From contig CAITEF010000248.1 of assembly GCA_903891315.1 (NCBI GenBank), positions 1-50,481 on the forward strand: DNA of 50,481 nucleotides. Reading direction: 5' to 3'. Source of the stretch: an uncultured Rhodospirillales bacterium. Lineage in GTDB: Bacteria > Pseudomonadota > Alphaproteobacteria > Acetobacterales > Acetobacteraceae. Position 1 is the stretch's first letter. Each line of letters starts with the position of its first letter. Both the position numbers and the translations under genes were made by a program. Of this stretch, positions 1 to 7,787 are shown in pieces. The notes beneath the pieces are model-generated. The model was not told the DNA's origin. It did not search any database and saw only the letters and a program-made list of their open reading frames with translations.

Positions 1-766
1 GAATGATGGTGACCATCATGGCGAGCAGCGTGTGCACCAGCGCCACGTTGTCATGTGCCTGCATCGCGTGCGACAGCGCGGTGCCGATGCCAGGAAGATC
101 CTCGGTGGATTGGCGCGAGACAATCGCCTCGGAGGCGACGACATAGAACCAGCCCCCCGCCAGGCTCATCATCGCGTTCCAGACCAGCGACGGCACCGCG
201 AAGGGAATCTCCAGCCGCCAGAAGCGCTGCCAGCCGGTCATCCCGAACAACCGTGCTGCGTCATCCAGTTCGATGGGAACCGTGCGCAGCGAGTGATACA
301 GGCTGAACGCCATGTTCCAGGCTTGGCTGGTGGCAATCGTCAGCACGCAGGCGAGTTCAAGGCCCAGTCGGGTGCCGGGCAACAGCAGATTCGCCACACC
401 GGCGGAGAAGCCGACAAAGGCGAGCACCGGAATTGACTGCAGAACGTCCAGCGTCGGCACCAGCACAATGGCGGCCGTCCGGCTCTTGGCGGCGAGTGGA
501 GCGACAACGAGGCTGAAGGCAAGCGAGGCCAACAGCGCCATTCCCATCCGCAAGGTGCTGCGGAAGGCTGCGTAGGGCAGGCTGAATTCTTGCACCGGGG
601 CCAGATTTGGAAACGCGATCAGCTGCGACGTTTGCTCCGGCTGGGTGCCGATGGCACGCGCCAGCAGCAGGACCACCAGGACCAGTGCTGCCATTTTCCA
701 CGCCAAGCGGGCGCGGCGTCCGCCGGGATGCGGCAGATCGATATGGTGCAGGCGCAGATGGATCAT
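1..766 (-). CDS. ABC transporter permease, NitT/TauT-like; the 3' end runs off the window and it is not in the supplied ORF track
   Basis: Manual reverse translation from the ATG at 766 (GAGG 6 nt upstream) gives MIHLRLHHIDLP...WNMAFSLYHSLRTVPIELDDAARLFGMTGWQRFWRLEIPFAVP...AHDNVALVHTLLAMMVTII. The frame stays open to position 2. It has an EAA-loop style permease motif. The plus-strand ORFs here look like Arg-rich shadow frames. Confidence 0.75.
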   Translation of the reverse strand, partial: MIHLRLHHIDLPHPGGRRARLAWKMAALVLVVLLLARAIGTQPEQTSQLIAFPNLAPVQEFSLPYAAFRSTLRMGMALLASLAFSLVVAPLAAKSRTAAIVLVPTLDVLQSIPVLAFVGFSAGVANLLLPGTRLGLELACVLTIATSQAWNMAFSLYHSLRTVPIELDDAARLFGMTGWQRFWRLEIPFAVPSLVWNAMMSLAGGWFYVVASEAIVSRQSTEDLPGIGTALSHAMQAHDNVALVHTLLAMMVTII

Positions 767-778
767 GGCGCCTCGCTT

Positions 779-1231
779 TCAGGTCCGAGGGGTTGGACGC
801 CAATCCGGCGGTGCCATTTCGAAGCCGGCGAATTCGAAGGCGGGCGAGACCGTGCAGGTCACCAGCGACCACGCGCCCAGGCTGGTCGCGGCCTGCCAGT
901 GCCCGGCGGGCACCACGTGATGCAAATTCTGCTTCGCGCCCAAATCCGGCCCGAGCCAATGCGCGCTGGCGTCATGCCCATCGGGCGAGACCGACAGCAC
1001 CAACGGCGATCCCGCCTGCCAGATCCACAACTCGGCGGCATCGACGCGGTGCCAGTGGCTGAACTGGTCGAGTGCCAACAGAAACAGAATAGCCGTCCCC
1101 GCCCCACGCGTGCCGTCCGCAGGCTGATCCCGCCACGTCTCGCGGAAATAGCCGCCCTCCGGATGCGGGGCGAGGCCCAGTGCGTGGACCACGCGCTCCG
1201 CCGTCAGATTCGGATCGCGCAGGTCCAGCAT
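779..1231 (-). CDS. Cupin-fold protein, DUF985 family
   Basis: 150 aa. The HPEGGYFRETWR and HWHRVDAAELW motifs are typical of DUF985/YML079w-like cupins. Confidence 0.75.
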   Translation of the reverse strand: MLDLRDPNLTAERVVHALGLAPHPEGGYFRETWRDQPADGTRGAGTAILFLLALDQFSHWHRVDAAELWIWQAGSPLVLSVSPDGHDASAHWLGPDLGAKQNLHHVVPAGHWQAATSLGAWSLVTCTVSPAFEFAGFEMAPPDWRPTPRT

Positions 1232-1237
1232 GCGGTA

Positions 1238-1834
1238 TCAGGCCTTGGGTTTCGTGCTGGCGATGCAGGGGTGCAGGCCGAAGCTGGCGAACCATTTTGT
1301 CAGATTCGGATGCCCCTCACGCCACGGCTCGTCGCTGAAACGCAGCGTGAGATAGCCGAGCGCGCATGCCACCGCGATGGTGCCGACGGTCAGATCCTGC
1401 GGCAGCGTCATCCCCTCCAGCACGTCGAGCGCGCGCCCGACGGCGGCCTTGCAGCGCGCCTTGACTGCCTCGCGCGCCTCTTCGGTCGGGCGGCCGATTT
1501 CCATGCGGCGACCGACAGCGGCGTCCATGATCCCATCGGCAATCGCTTGCAGCTTGAGGGCGGCGAAACGGGCTTTGGGTTCGGCCGGGAACAGCTTCAC
1601 CGCACCGCCGAGGCTGTCGAGATATTCGACGATCACCCGGCTGTCGAACACCGCCTCGCCGTCATCGGTGATCAGGCAGGGGATCTTGCTCAGCGGATTG
1701 AGGGCGAGCAATTCCGGAGGCGAGACATGCGGGTTGGTCGGCAGCAACTCCACCCGGCTCTCGAATCCGAGCGCCAGCGCGCAGGCATAGGCCTTGCGGG
1801 CATAGGGGCTGCTGGGAGAATGCATCAACTTCAT
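1238..1834 (-). CDS. Glutathione S-transferase family protein
   Basis: 198 aa. N-terminal thioredoxin-like GST pattern (SPYARKAY...LNPLSKIPCL...AVFDSRVIVEYL). Confidence 0.8.
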   Translation of the reverse strand: MKLMHSPSSPYARKAYACALALGFESRVELLPTNPHVSPPELLALNPLSKIPCLITDDGEAVFDSRVIVEYLDSLGGAVKLFPAEPKARFAALKLQAIADGIMDAAVGRRMEIGRPTEEAREAVKARCKAAVGRALDVLEGMTLPQDLTVGTIAVACALGYLTLRFSDEPWREGHPNLTKWFASFGLHPCIASTKPKA

Positions 1835-1867
1835 CGGCGTTTCCTTGGTTGTTGTTCCGACTTTGCG

Positions 1868-2590
1868 TCAGAACTTGTTTTTGGCCTCGCGCAGCCGGAA
1901 CAGGCTGGCCACGTCGGGCGCACGCAGGAACGGGTTGGCTGCCATCTCGTCACCCAGACGCGACGGCACGGTGGGAAGACCACGCTCACGCAGATCCGTG
2001 ACACGCGCGGCATAGGTTTTCAGTGCGGCGTTGTCCGGATCGACATGCAAGGCGAAGCGGGCATTGGAGGCGGTGTATTCATGGCCGCAATAGACCAGCG
2101 TCTCCGGCGGAAGGGCTGCGAATTTTGCGAGCGAGGCGAACATCTCCTCCGCATTGCCCTCGATGATCCGCCCGCAGCCGAGGGCGAACAGTGTGTCACC
2201 GCAGAACAGCGCGTGCTCGGCGGCGAAGTGATAGGCGATATGGCCGCGCGTGTGGCCCGGCGTGTCGATTACGATGGCGAGTGAGGCACCGAGTGTTACG
2301 GTGTCGCCCTCCACCACCGCACGGTCGAGCTTGGGCAGACGATGCGCATCCGCTGCCGCACCGGTGATCCGAGCGCCATATTTCGCGCGCAACGGCTCGG
2401 CGGCGGCGATGTGGTCGCCGTGGTGATGGGTGAGCAGGATCATGTCGAGCCTGCCGCCATTGGCCTCGATGGCCGCGATGCAGGGCGCTTCCTCCGCCGG
2501 ATCGACGATGCCGACGGCACCGGTCTGGCTGCAGGTGAGCAGGAAGGCGTAATTGTCCGACAGGATCGGGATGGTCTGAACTTGGAGCAT
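1868..2590 (-). CDS. gloB: Hydroxyacylglutathione hydrolase (glyoxalase II)
   Basis: 240 aa with metallo-beta-lactamase motif THHHGDH, DTPGHTRGH and C-terminal NPFLR, a GloB-like layout. Confidence 0.85.
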   Translation of the reverse strand: MLQVQTIPILSDNYAFLLTCSQTGAVGIVDPAEEAPCIAAIEANGGRLDMILLTHHHGDHIAAAEPLRAKYGARITGAAADAHRLPKLDRAVVEGDTVTLGASLAIVIDTPGHTRGHIAYHFAAEHALFCGDTLFALGCGRIIEGNAEEMFASLAKFAALPPETLVYCGHEYTASNARFALHVDPDNAALKTYAARVTDLRERGLPTVPSRLGDEMAANPFLRAPDVASLFRLREAKNKF

Positions 2591-2674
2591 GGCGCAGGTT
2601 TAGCACCCTGTCTGCATGCTGCAAGCCGGGCGCGTCACGATTGGGTGCGCCGGGTCCGCATGATAGGATGCGGC

Positions 2675-3391
2675 ATGAGCGTCGACTCCCAGATTCTGGC
2701 CCAGTTTTACGCCTCGCCTCAGGGGGCGGTGGTGGCGCGTCTGCTGCGCCAGCGCATGTGGAAAATCTGGCCGGATTTGCGCGGGCAATCGCTGCTGGGG
2801 ATCGGCTACACGCTGCCCTATCTGCGCGGCCCGCTCGCCTTTGGCATGGTGGAACGCTGCGCGCAGTTCAGCCCGTCCCAGATCGGCCCGGCGACCTTCC
2901 CGGTCGCCGCCGCCGGATTGTCCTGTGTTGGCGAGGAGGAACGGCTGCCGTTCCCCGACCTGTCCTTTGACCGCATCATGCTGATCCACGGCCTGGAAGT
3001 GTCGGAGAATGCACGCCGATTGCTGCGCGAGGTGTGGCGGGTGCTGAAGGATGACGGGCGATTGCTCGTTGTCGCACCCAACCGCCGCGGTATGTGGGCG
3101 CATGTCGATTCGACCCCATTCGGTCAGGGCCAACCCTATTCGCCGGGCCAGATCAATCGACTGTTGCAGGCTGGGTTCTTCCGCATCGAGCACCGCGACA
3201 CGGCTTTGTATATGCCGCCCTCCAGATTGCGGATGGTGCTGCGCTCGGCGCATTTTTGCGAACGCAGCGGACGGTTTTTGGCGCCGCATCTGGCGGGGGT
3301 GACGATCACCGAGGCGTCGAAGGATCTCTACAATGTGATCCCGCTGGGGGCGGCGTCGGCGCGGCGGGTGGTGGTGACGGAGAGTTTGTAG
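2675..3391 (+). CDS. Class I SAM-dependent methyltransferase
   Basis: The internal ATG at 2675 (MSVDSQILAQFY...) avoids overlap with gloB. Methyltransf_11-like segment LPFPDLSFDRIMLIHGLEVSENARRLLREVWRVLKDDGRLLVVAPN. Confidence 0.75.
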   Translation: MSVDSQILAQFYASPQGAVVARLLRQRMWKIWPDLRGQSLLGIGYTLPYLRGPLAFGMVERCAQFSPSQIGPATFPVAAAGLSCVGEEERLPFPDLSFDRIMLIHGLEVSENARRLLREVWRVLKDDGRLLVVAPNRRGMWAHVDSTPFGQGQPYSPGQINRLLQAGFFRIEHRDTALYMPPSRLRMVLRSAHFCERSGRFLAPHLAGVTITEASKDLYNVIPLGAASARRVVVTESL

Positions 3392-3580
3392 GGTCTGGTA
3401 GGAGCGTTGTTGAGAGGGCCTGCTCGTCGCTTCGGAATGACGTGTGTGGGGTTGGCGCTCCTGCTAAACACGCGTTGCCGTTGGTGACTTTTCGAGTGGC
3501 GATTTGGCAGGCTGCGGGCACGAACAAGGTCTCCCGACTCAAGCCGCCGGTTCTTGAACGCCTGCGCCGGCCTGCAGGCC

Positions 3581-5317
3581 TCAATCGATCACCATCCGGA
3601 CGCTACGCCGCGAGTTCTTCGCCTCAGGGTTTTCGTGGAAGCGGTAGGCCGAGCGCAGGAAGCTGGGCAGATTGAACCACGAACTGGAGCGCAGCACGCG
3701 CTGGGTGCATTTGCCGTCAGCGGCCTCTCGGGCAACGAAGACATCCGACGGGGCTCCGGCCATGCTGTCGAAATAGCAATCGGCGACCCATTCGAAGACG
3801 TTGCCGGTCATGTCGTAAAGGCCGAATTTGTTCGGGGCGAAGGAGCCGACCGGTGAGCTGCCGCGTCCGTCGAATTTGCTGCCGCAACCGAAGCAATTGG
3901 CATTGTTCACCCCCAGCGTCTCACCCCAGAGATAGGGCGTGGTGGTGCCAGCACGCTCGGCATATTCGTATTCGGCCTCGGTGGGCATGTGATAACGCCG
4001 CCCGGTTTTGGCACTCAGCCACGCGGCGTATTGGTTGATCTCGCTCCAGGTGATCATCACCGCCGGGTCATCATCGACCGGATCAGGACCACGACCGGGC
4101 TGCCAGGCGCGCAACTGGCCCATGGTGGCGGGGAATTTGGCGATGGCGAAGGGGTGCGAGACGATGACCTCGTGTTGCGGGCCCTCATTGTCGAAGCGGC
4201 CTTTTTCGCTGGCGGTCGAGCCCATCAGGAATTTGCCTGCGGGGACCACGACCATCACCGGGCATTGCGGGCAATCACGGAACTCCTGGCCAACGCCGAC
4301 CGGAAAGAGCGCGATCTTGCCGCCGGATTCGGTGATCGCGGTGGTTGCCGTGTCACGCACGCGCGGCGTTGTGGCACCCGAATTGATCAGATCGGCATAG
4401 ACCGCGCGCAGGCGGTCACGCGCCACCAGGGCGTCGATCACCACCGGCTTGGGATGCAGTTTCTCCAACGCGGCGGAGGCGGCCTCGGCGCTGGCTTTGG
4501 TGTAGATTGCAGCGGCCTCGGTGGCGGCTTTGCGCAGAGCTTCTTGTTGCGCGGCGTCGAGTTTTTGCAGCGAGCCGTCGAAAATCGAGATCTGCCAGAA
4601 TTGCGGGTGGTCGTGTGACGGGCCGATATAGGGGGCCAACGACGGAATCTGGGCGGCGATGAGTGAGGGCAGATCGGGCGCGATGACGGCGTCGATCTTG
4701 TGTTGGGTGACGGCGTTTTTTACATCCGCCCAGGCGATGTCGACAATCGTCACGCCGAGCCATTGCCAGAGTTGGACTCCGGGTTTGGTCGGTGCCGGGA
4801 AGACCGCCAGTTTCAGGCCGCGCAGATCGTCGACCGCATTGAGCGGCTTGGTGGAGGCGAGCATTCGCTGCGGCCCGCGCACCCCATCGGCGGTGAGATA
4901 GCGGATGCGCCGCGCGGTGAGCACCTTGTCGAACCCCTCGGCCATCAGGGCCGAGTGCACGTATTTCATCGCTGCTTCGTTGCTGGGGACCAAGAAGGGC
5001 AGATCGAGCCCGGTGACCTCGTCGATGATGATCGGGACCATTGAGCGGAAATCGGACGAGAACAGATCAAGCTCACCCGCCATCATGGCTTCGAGCGAAT
5101 GCGGTGCATCACCGAGTGCGGCGTCAAAATGCAAATCGATTTGAACCTTGCCCTGTGTGGCGGTCTCCACCGACGTCTTGAAGGTCGCCAGCGCGGCGGC
5201 TTCCGGCCCTGCCTTGGGCCCGATCTCGTTCAGCCGCAGCACGGTTTGTGCATTCGCGGCGGCGCTGATCAACAGAACAATGGCCAGCAGGAGGCTGCGA
5301 CGGAAACGTCTGAGCAT
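3581..5317 (-). CDS. Secreted fusion protein: TRAP DctP-like solute-binding domain plus FGE-sulfatase (SUMF1/EgtB/PvdO) domain
   Basis: The start at 5317 (MLRRFRRSLLLAIVLLISAAANA signal peptide) has GGAGGA 7 nt upstream. The N-terminal ~340 aa are DctP-like. The C-terminal part has CPVMVVVPAGKFLMGS...GPQHEV...TGNVFEWVADCY...RVLRSSSW, an FGE-sulfatase fold signature. Confidence 0.75.
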   Translation of the reverse strand: MLRRFRRSLLLAIVLLISAAANAQTVLRLNEIGPKAGPEAAALATFKTSVETATQGKVQIDLHFDAALGDAPHSLEAMMAGELDLFSSDFRSMVPIIIDEVTGLDLPFLVPSNEAAMKYVHSALMAEGFDKVLTARRIRYLTADGVRGPQRMLASTKPLNAVDDLRGLKLAVFPAPTKPGVQLWQWLGVTIVDIAWADVKNAVTQHKIDAVIAPDLPSLIAAQIPSLAPYIGPSHDHPQFWQISIFDGSLQKLDAAQQEALRKAATEAAAIYTKASAEAASAALEKLHPKPVVIDALVARDRLRAVYADLINSGATTPRVRDTATTAITESGGKIALFPVGVGQEFRDCPQCPVMVVVPAGKFLMGSTASEKGRFDNEGPQHEVIVSHPFAIAKFPATMGQLRAWQPGRGPDPVDDDPAVMITWSEINQYAAWLSAKTGRRYHMPTEAEYEYAERAGTTTPYLWGETLGVNNANCFGCGSKFDGRGSSPVGSFAPNKFGLYDMTGNVFEWVADCYFDSMAGAPSDVFVAREAADGKCTQRVLRSSSWFNLPSFLRSAYRFHENPEAKNSRRSVRMVID

Positions 5318-5579
5318 GGGACTTTCCTCCATTGTTTTGCCGAGACGGTGGACGCGTGAGGGGCAAACTGTCAACAAGTCTGGTGATTTCATCTAGATTT
5401 TGGGGCCGGAGGCGTCTCGATCAATAAATCTGTCAACAGAAATGCCTGAAATCGCAATTGCGTGGCACCGTAGCGGTGTCCCGGCCGAGCAAAATTCCTC
5501 CCCTCCGAGAGCCAAAGCGGTGCGGGTAGACGTTTGACAAGCGTCCAACAGCGTGGGACGATTTTTCGTGCCCAGAAGA

Positions 5580-5593
5580 CTGCCACTTGGCAG
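5580..5593. promoter_or_regulatory. Perfect 6-2-6 palindrome CTGCCACTTGGCAG in the leader of the catabolic array
   Basis: Read directly from the sequence, 56 nt upstream of the ATG at 5649 in the 5393-5648 divergent intergenic region. Its function is unproven. Confidence 0.25.
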
Positions 5594-5648
5594 ATTTCAA
5601 ACAAGAAAAAGCAAAAACATAAGCACAAATTGACCTATGGGGGGTTCG

Positions 5649-6884
5649 ATGCGCAGCGCAATCAAAAATGATCTCACCGATACCATCACCTCTGGCCTCT
5701 CACGCCGAGATCTGCTGGCGCTGGCATCGGCGTTGTCGTTGGGTGGGGTGAGTTCCACCGCGCGGGCGGCGGAAGAGACCATCAAGGTGGGTGTCGTGGT
5801 GCCGCTCGCGGGGGCCTTCGCTGCGAGCGGGCAGGATATGCTGCATGGTGCTCAGTTGGCGATGGATGAGATCAACGCGGCGGGCGGCATCAAGTCAATT
5901 GGCGGGCGCAAGATCGAGCTGTTGCCGGGCGATGCCGGACAGTCGCCGGAATCGGCGGTGACCACGGCGCGTCGCATTCTCAACGACAAGCCGGTGGCAT
6001 CGATTGGCTGCTGGTATAGCTCACTGACGCTGGCGGCGACGCAGGTGGCCGAGCAGCGCAAGATTCCCTGGCTGACCGGCTCGATTGCCGATGCGATTGT
6101 CGGACGTGGGTTCAAATATTCGTATCAGCTCTCCGCAGGCTCCGAGGATTCGGCCATCGGGCTGCTCGATGCGATCAAGAAAATGACCCCGGGCGATGCG
6201 CGGCTGGCGCTGATCACCGACAACAACGCGGCCAATGTCGATGTGAAGAACTCGATCCGGTCGAAGTTGGCGGTGACGATCTCCAGCGAGCAGACCTGGA
6301 CGCCACCACTGTCGGACGCGACCCCGGCCGTGACGGCGGCGTTGCGCAGCAATCCGACGGTGATTTTCCTGGGGGCCACCAGCACCAGCGATCAGGCCTT
6401 GGTGATCAAGCAATTGGCCGCCCAGGGCAACACCGCGCCGATCCTGATGGGTGCGTCGTCAGCGGCCAATCCGATCTTCCTCGACGCGGTGGGTGCGAAG
6501 GGGATGGAGGGTGTGGTCGTGGTCACCGCGGTCGCGTTCCCCGGCAAGGGCACCGAGGCGATTGACAAGAAATTCGCCGATATCAGCAAGCTGGCCTTCA
6601 TGGGGTGCGAGGCGCTGACCGGCTATTGCAACATCCACATCATCGGCCTCGCGTTGCAGAAGGCGGGTCGTGCCGACCCAGAGGCGGTCAAGCAGGCGCT
6701 CGATGCGCTCGACGAGTCGAACTTCGCGCCGGCGATGCTGCTGCCGGGTGGGTCGCGCCTGAAATACGGGCCGAACGGACGCCGCCTCGGCACCACGGTG
6801 GAGTTGGTGCAGTGGCAAGATGGCCGGCCGCGCGTGGTCTTCCCGTCGGATGTGGCGACTGCCGAGCTGAAGCGGAAAATCTGA
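5649..6884 (+). CDS. ABC substrate-binding protein, branched-chain amino acid (LivK/Peripla_BP_6) type, Tat-like signal
   Basis: SRRDLLALASALSLGGVSSTARA signal, then IKVGVVVPLAGAFAASGQDMLHGAQLAMDEINAAGGI. There is an alternative start at 5637. Confidence 0.85.
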   Translation: MRSAIKNDLTDTITSGLSRRDLLALASALSLGGVSSTARAAEETIKVGVVVPLAGAFAASGQDMLHGAQLAMDEINAAGGIKSIGGRKIELLPGDAGQSPESAVTTARRILNDKPVASIGCWYSSLTLAATQVAEQRKIPWLTGSIADAIVGRGFKYSYQLSAGSEDSAIGLLDAIKKMTPGDARLALITDNNAANVDVKNSIRSKLAVTISSEQTWTPPLSDATPAVTAALRSNPTVIFLGATSTSDQALVIKQLAAQGNTAPILMGASSAANPIFLDAVGAKGMEGVVVVTAVAFPGKGTEAIDKKFADISKLAFMGCEALTGYCNIHIIGLALQKAGRADPEAVKQALDALDESNFAPAMLLPGGSRLKYGPNGRRLGTTVELVQWQDGRPRVVFPSDVATAELKRKI

Positions 6885-6905
6885 TCGGTCGGCGAGGCAT
6901 CGGCA

Positions 6906-7787
6906 ATGTATGCACTGCAACTCTTTATTACCGGGCTTCAGCAGGGTGGCATCATCGCCCTGTTGAGCATGGGGCTCGCCTTGATGTTCGGCGTGCTACG
7001 GGTGGTGAATTTCGCCCAGGCCGATTTCATGATGCTGGGCATGTTCAGCGTGATCCTGATCTACAACCTGCTGCACATCAATTTCGTCGGTGCCGCGGTG
7101 TTGCTGGCGGTCCCGGCGTTTTTTGTGGGGCTGACGGTTTATCACTTCATCATCCGTCAGGTTGGCAAAGCCAAGCTGACCTCATCGCCCGCGCATGCGC
7201 AGTTGCTGGCAACGCTCGGATTGTCGCTGGTGATCCAGAACGGTGCGGAGATGATTTGGGGGGCGACGCCGCTGACGCTGGGGTCCTCGCAGGAACTGAG
7301 CGTGTGGCATGTGGGCGCCTTGGTGATCGATCAGCCGCGCACCATCGCCTTTGTGATCGCCCTCGGGATTGCGGGAGTGATGCTGGCGGTGCTGCGCGGC
7401 ACTGCACTTGGGCGGGCGGTGCGGGCGGCGGCGAGTGATCCGGAGGCGGCGGGCTATGTGGGGGTGAATGTCCGCCTCGCCTATGCGGGCACGTTCGCGG
7501 TGGCGATTGCGATCTCGGTCGTCGTGGGCGGGATTCTGGTCAGCTACTACCCGGTCACGCCGGTCACCGGGAATGATTTCATTCTGCTGATGTTCACCGC
7601 CGTGATCATGGGCGGGTTGGGCAATGTGATCGGGGCGATGGTCGGCGGATTGATGTTGGGGCTGGTGCAGTCGATGTCGCAGCTCTTCGTGCCGCTGGAG
7701 TTGAACTCGGCGGTGGTGTTCGGGCTGTTCCTGGCGATGATGCTGATCCGTCCCTCCGGCATCTTCGGTGAGGTGACGCGGCTATGA
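6906..7787 (+). CDS. Branched-chain amino acid-type ABC permease (LivH-like)
   Basis: 293 aa polytopic protein. It starts MYALQLFITGLQQGGIIALLSMGLALMFGVLRVVNFAQ, typical of the LivH family. Confidence 0.85.
   Translation: MYALQLFITGLQQGGIIALLSMGLALMFGVLRVVNFAQADFMMLGMFSVILIYNLLHINFVGAAVLLAVPAFFVGLTVYHFIIRQVGKAKLTSSPAHAQLLATLGLSLVIQNGAEMIWGATPLTLGSSQELSVWHVGALVIDQPRTIAFVIALGIAGVMLAVLRGTALGRAVRAAASDPEAAGYVGVNVRLAYAGTFAVAIAISVVVGGILVSYYPVTPVTGNDFILLMFTAVIMGGLGNVIGAMVGGLMLGLVQSMSQLFVPLELNSAVVFGLFLAMMLIRPSGIFGEVTRL

Noticed and set aside
2342-2674. N-terminal 111-codon extension of the methyltransferase ORF, which overlaps gloB on the opposite strand.
   Set aside because: The extension is a low-complexity antisense reading of gloB. 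The recognisable methyltransferase sequence starts at the ATG at 2675.
3568-3579. GGCCTGCAGGCC palindrome just past the 3' end of the DctP/FGE fusion gene, considered as a terminator.
   Set aside because: It forms only a 4-bp stem with a 4-nt loop and has no flanking T-tract on the relevant strand. That is too weak to call.
5463-5478. TGGCAC in the 5393-5648 intergenic region, considered as a sigma-54 -24 element.
   Set aside because: The position where the -12 TTGC[AT] box should lie reads CGGTG, so the spacing and consensus are not met.
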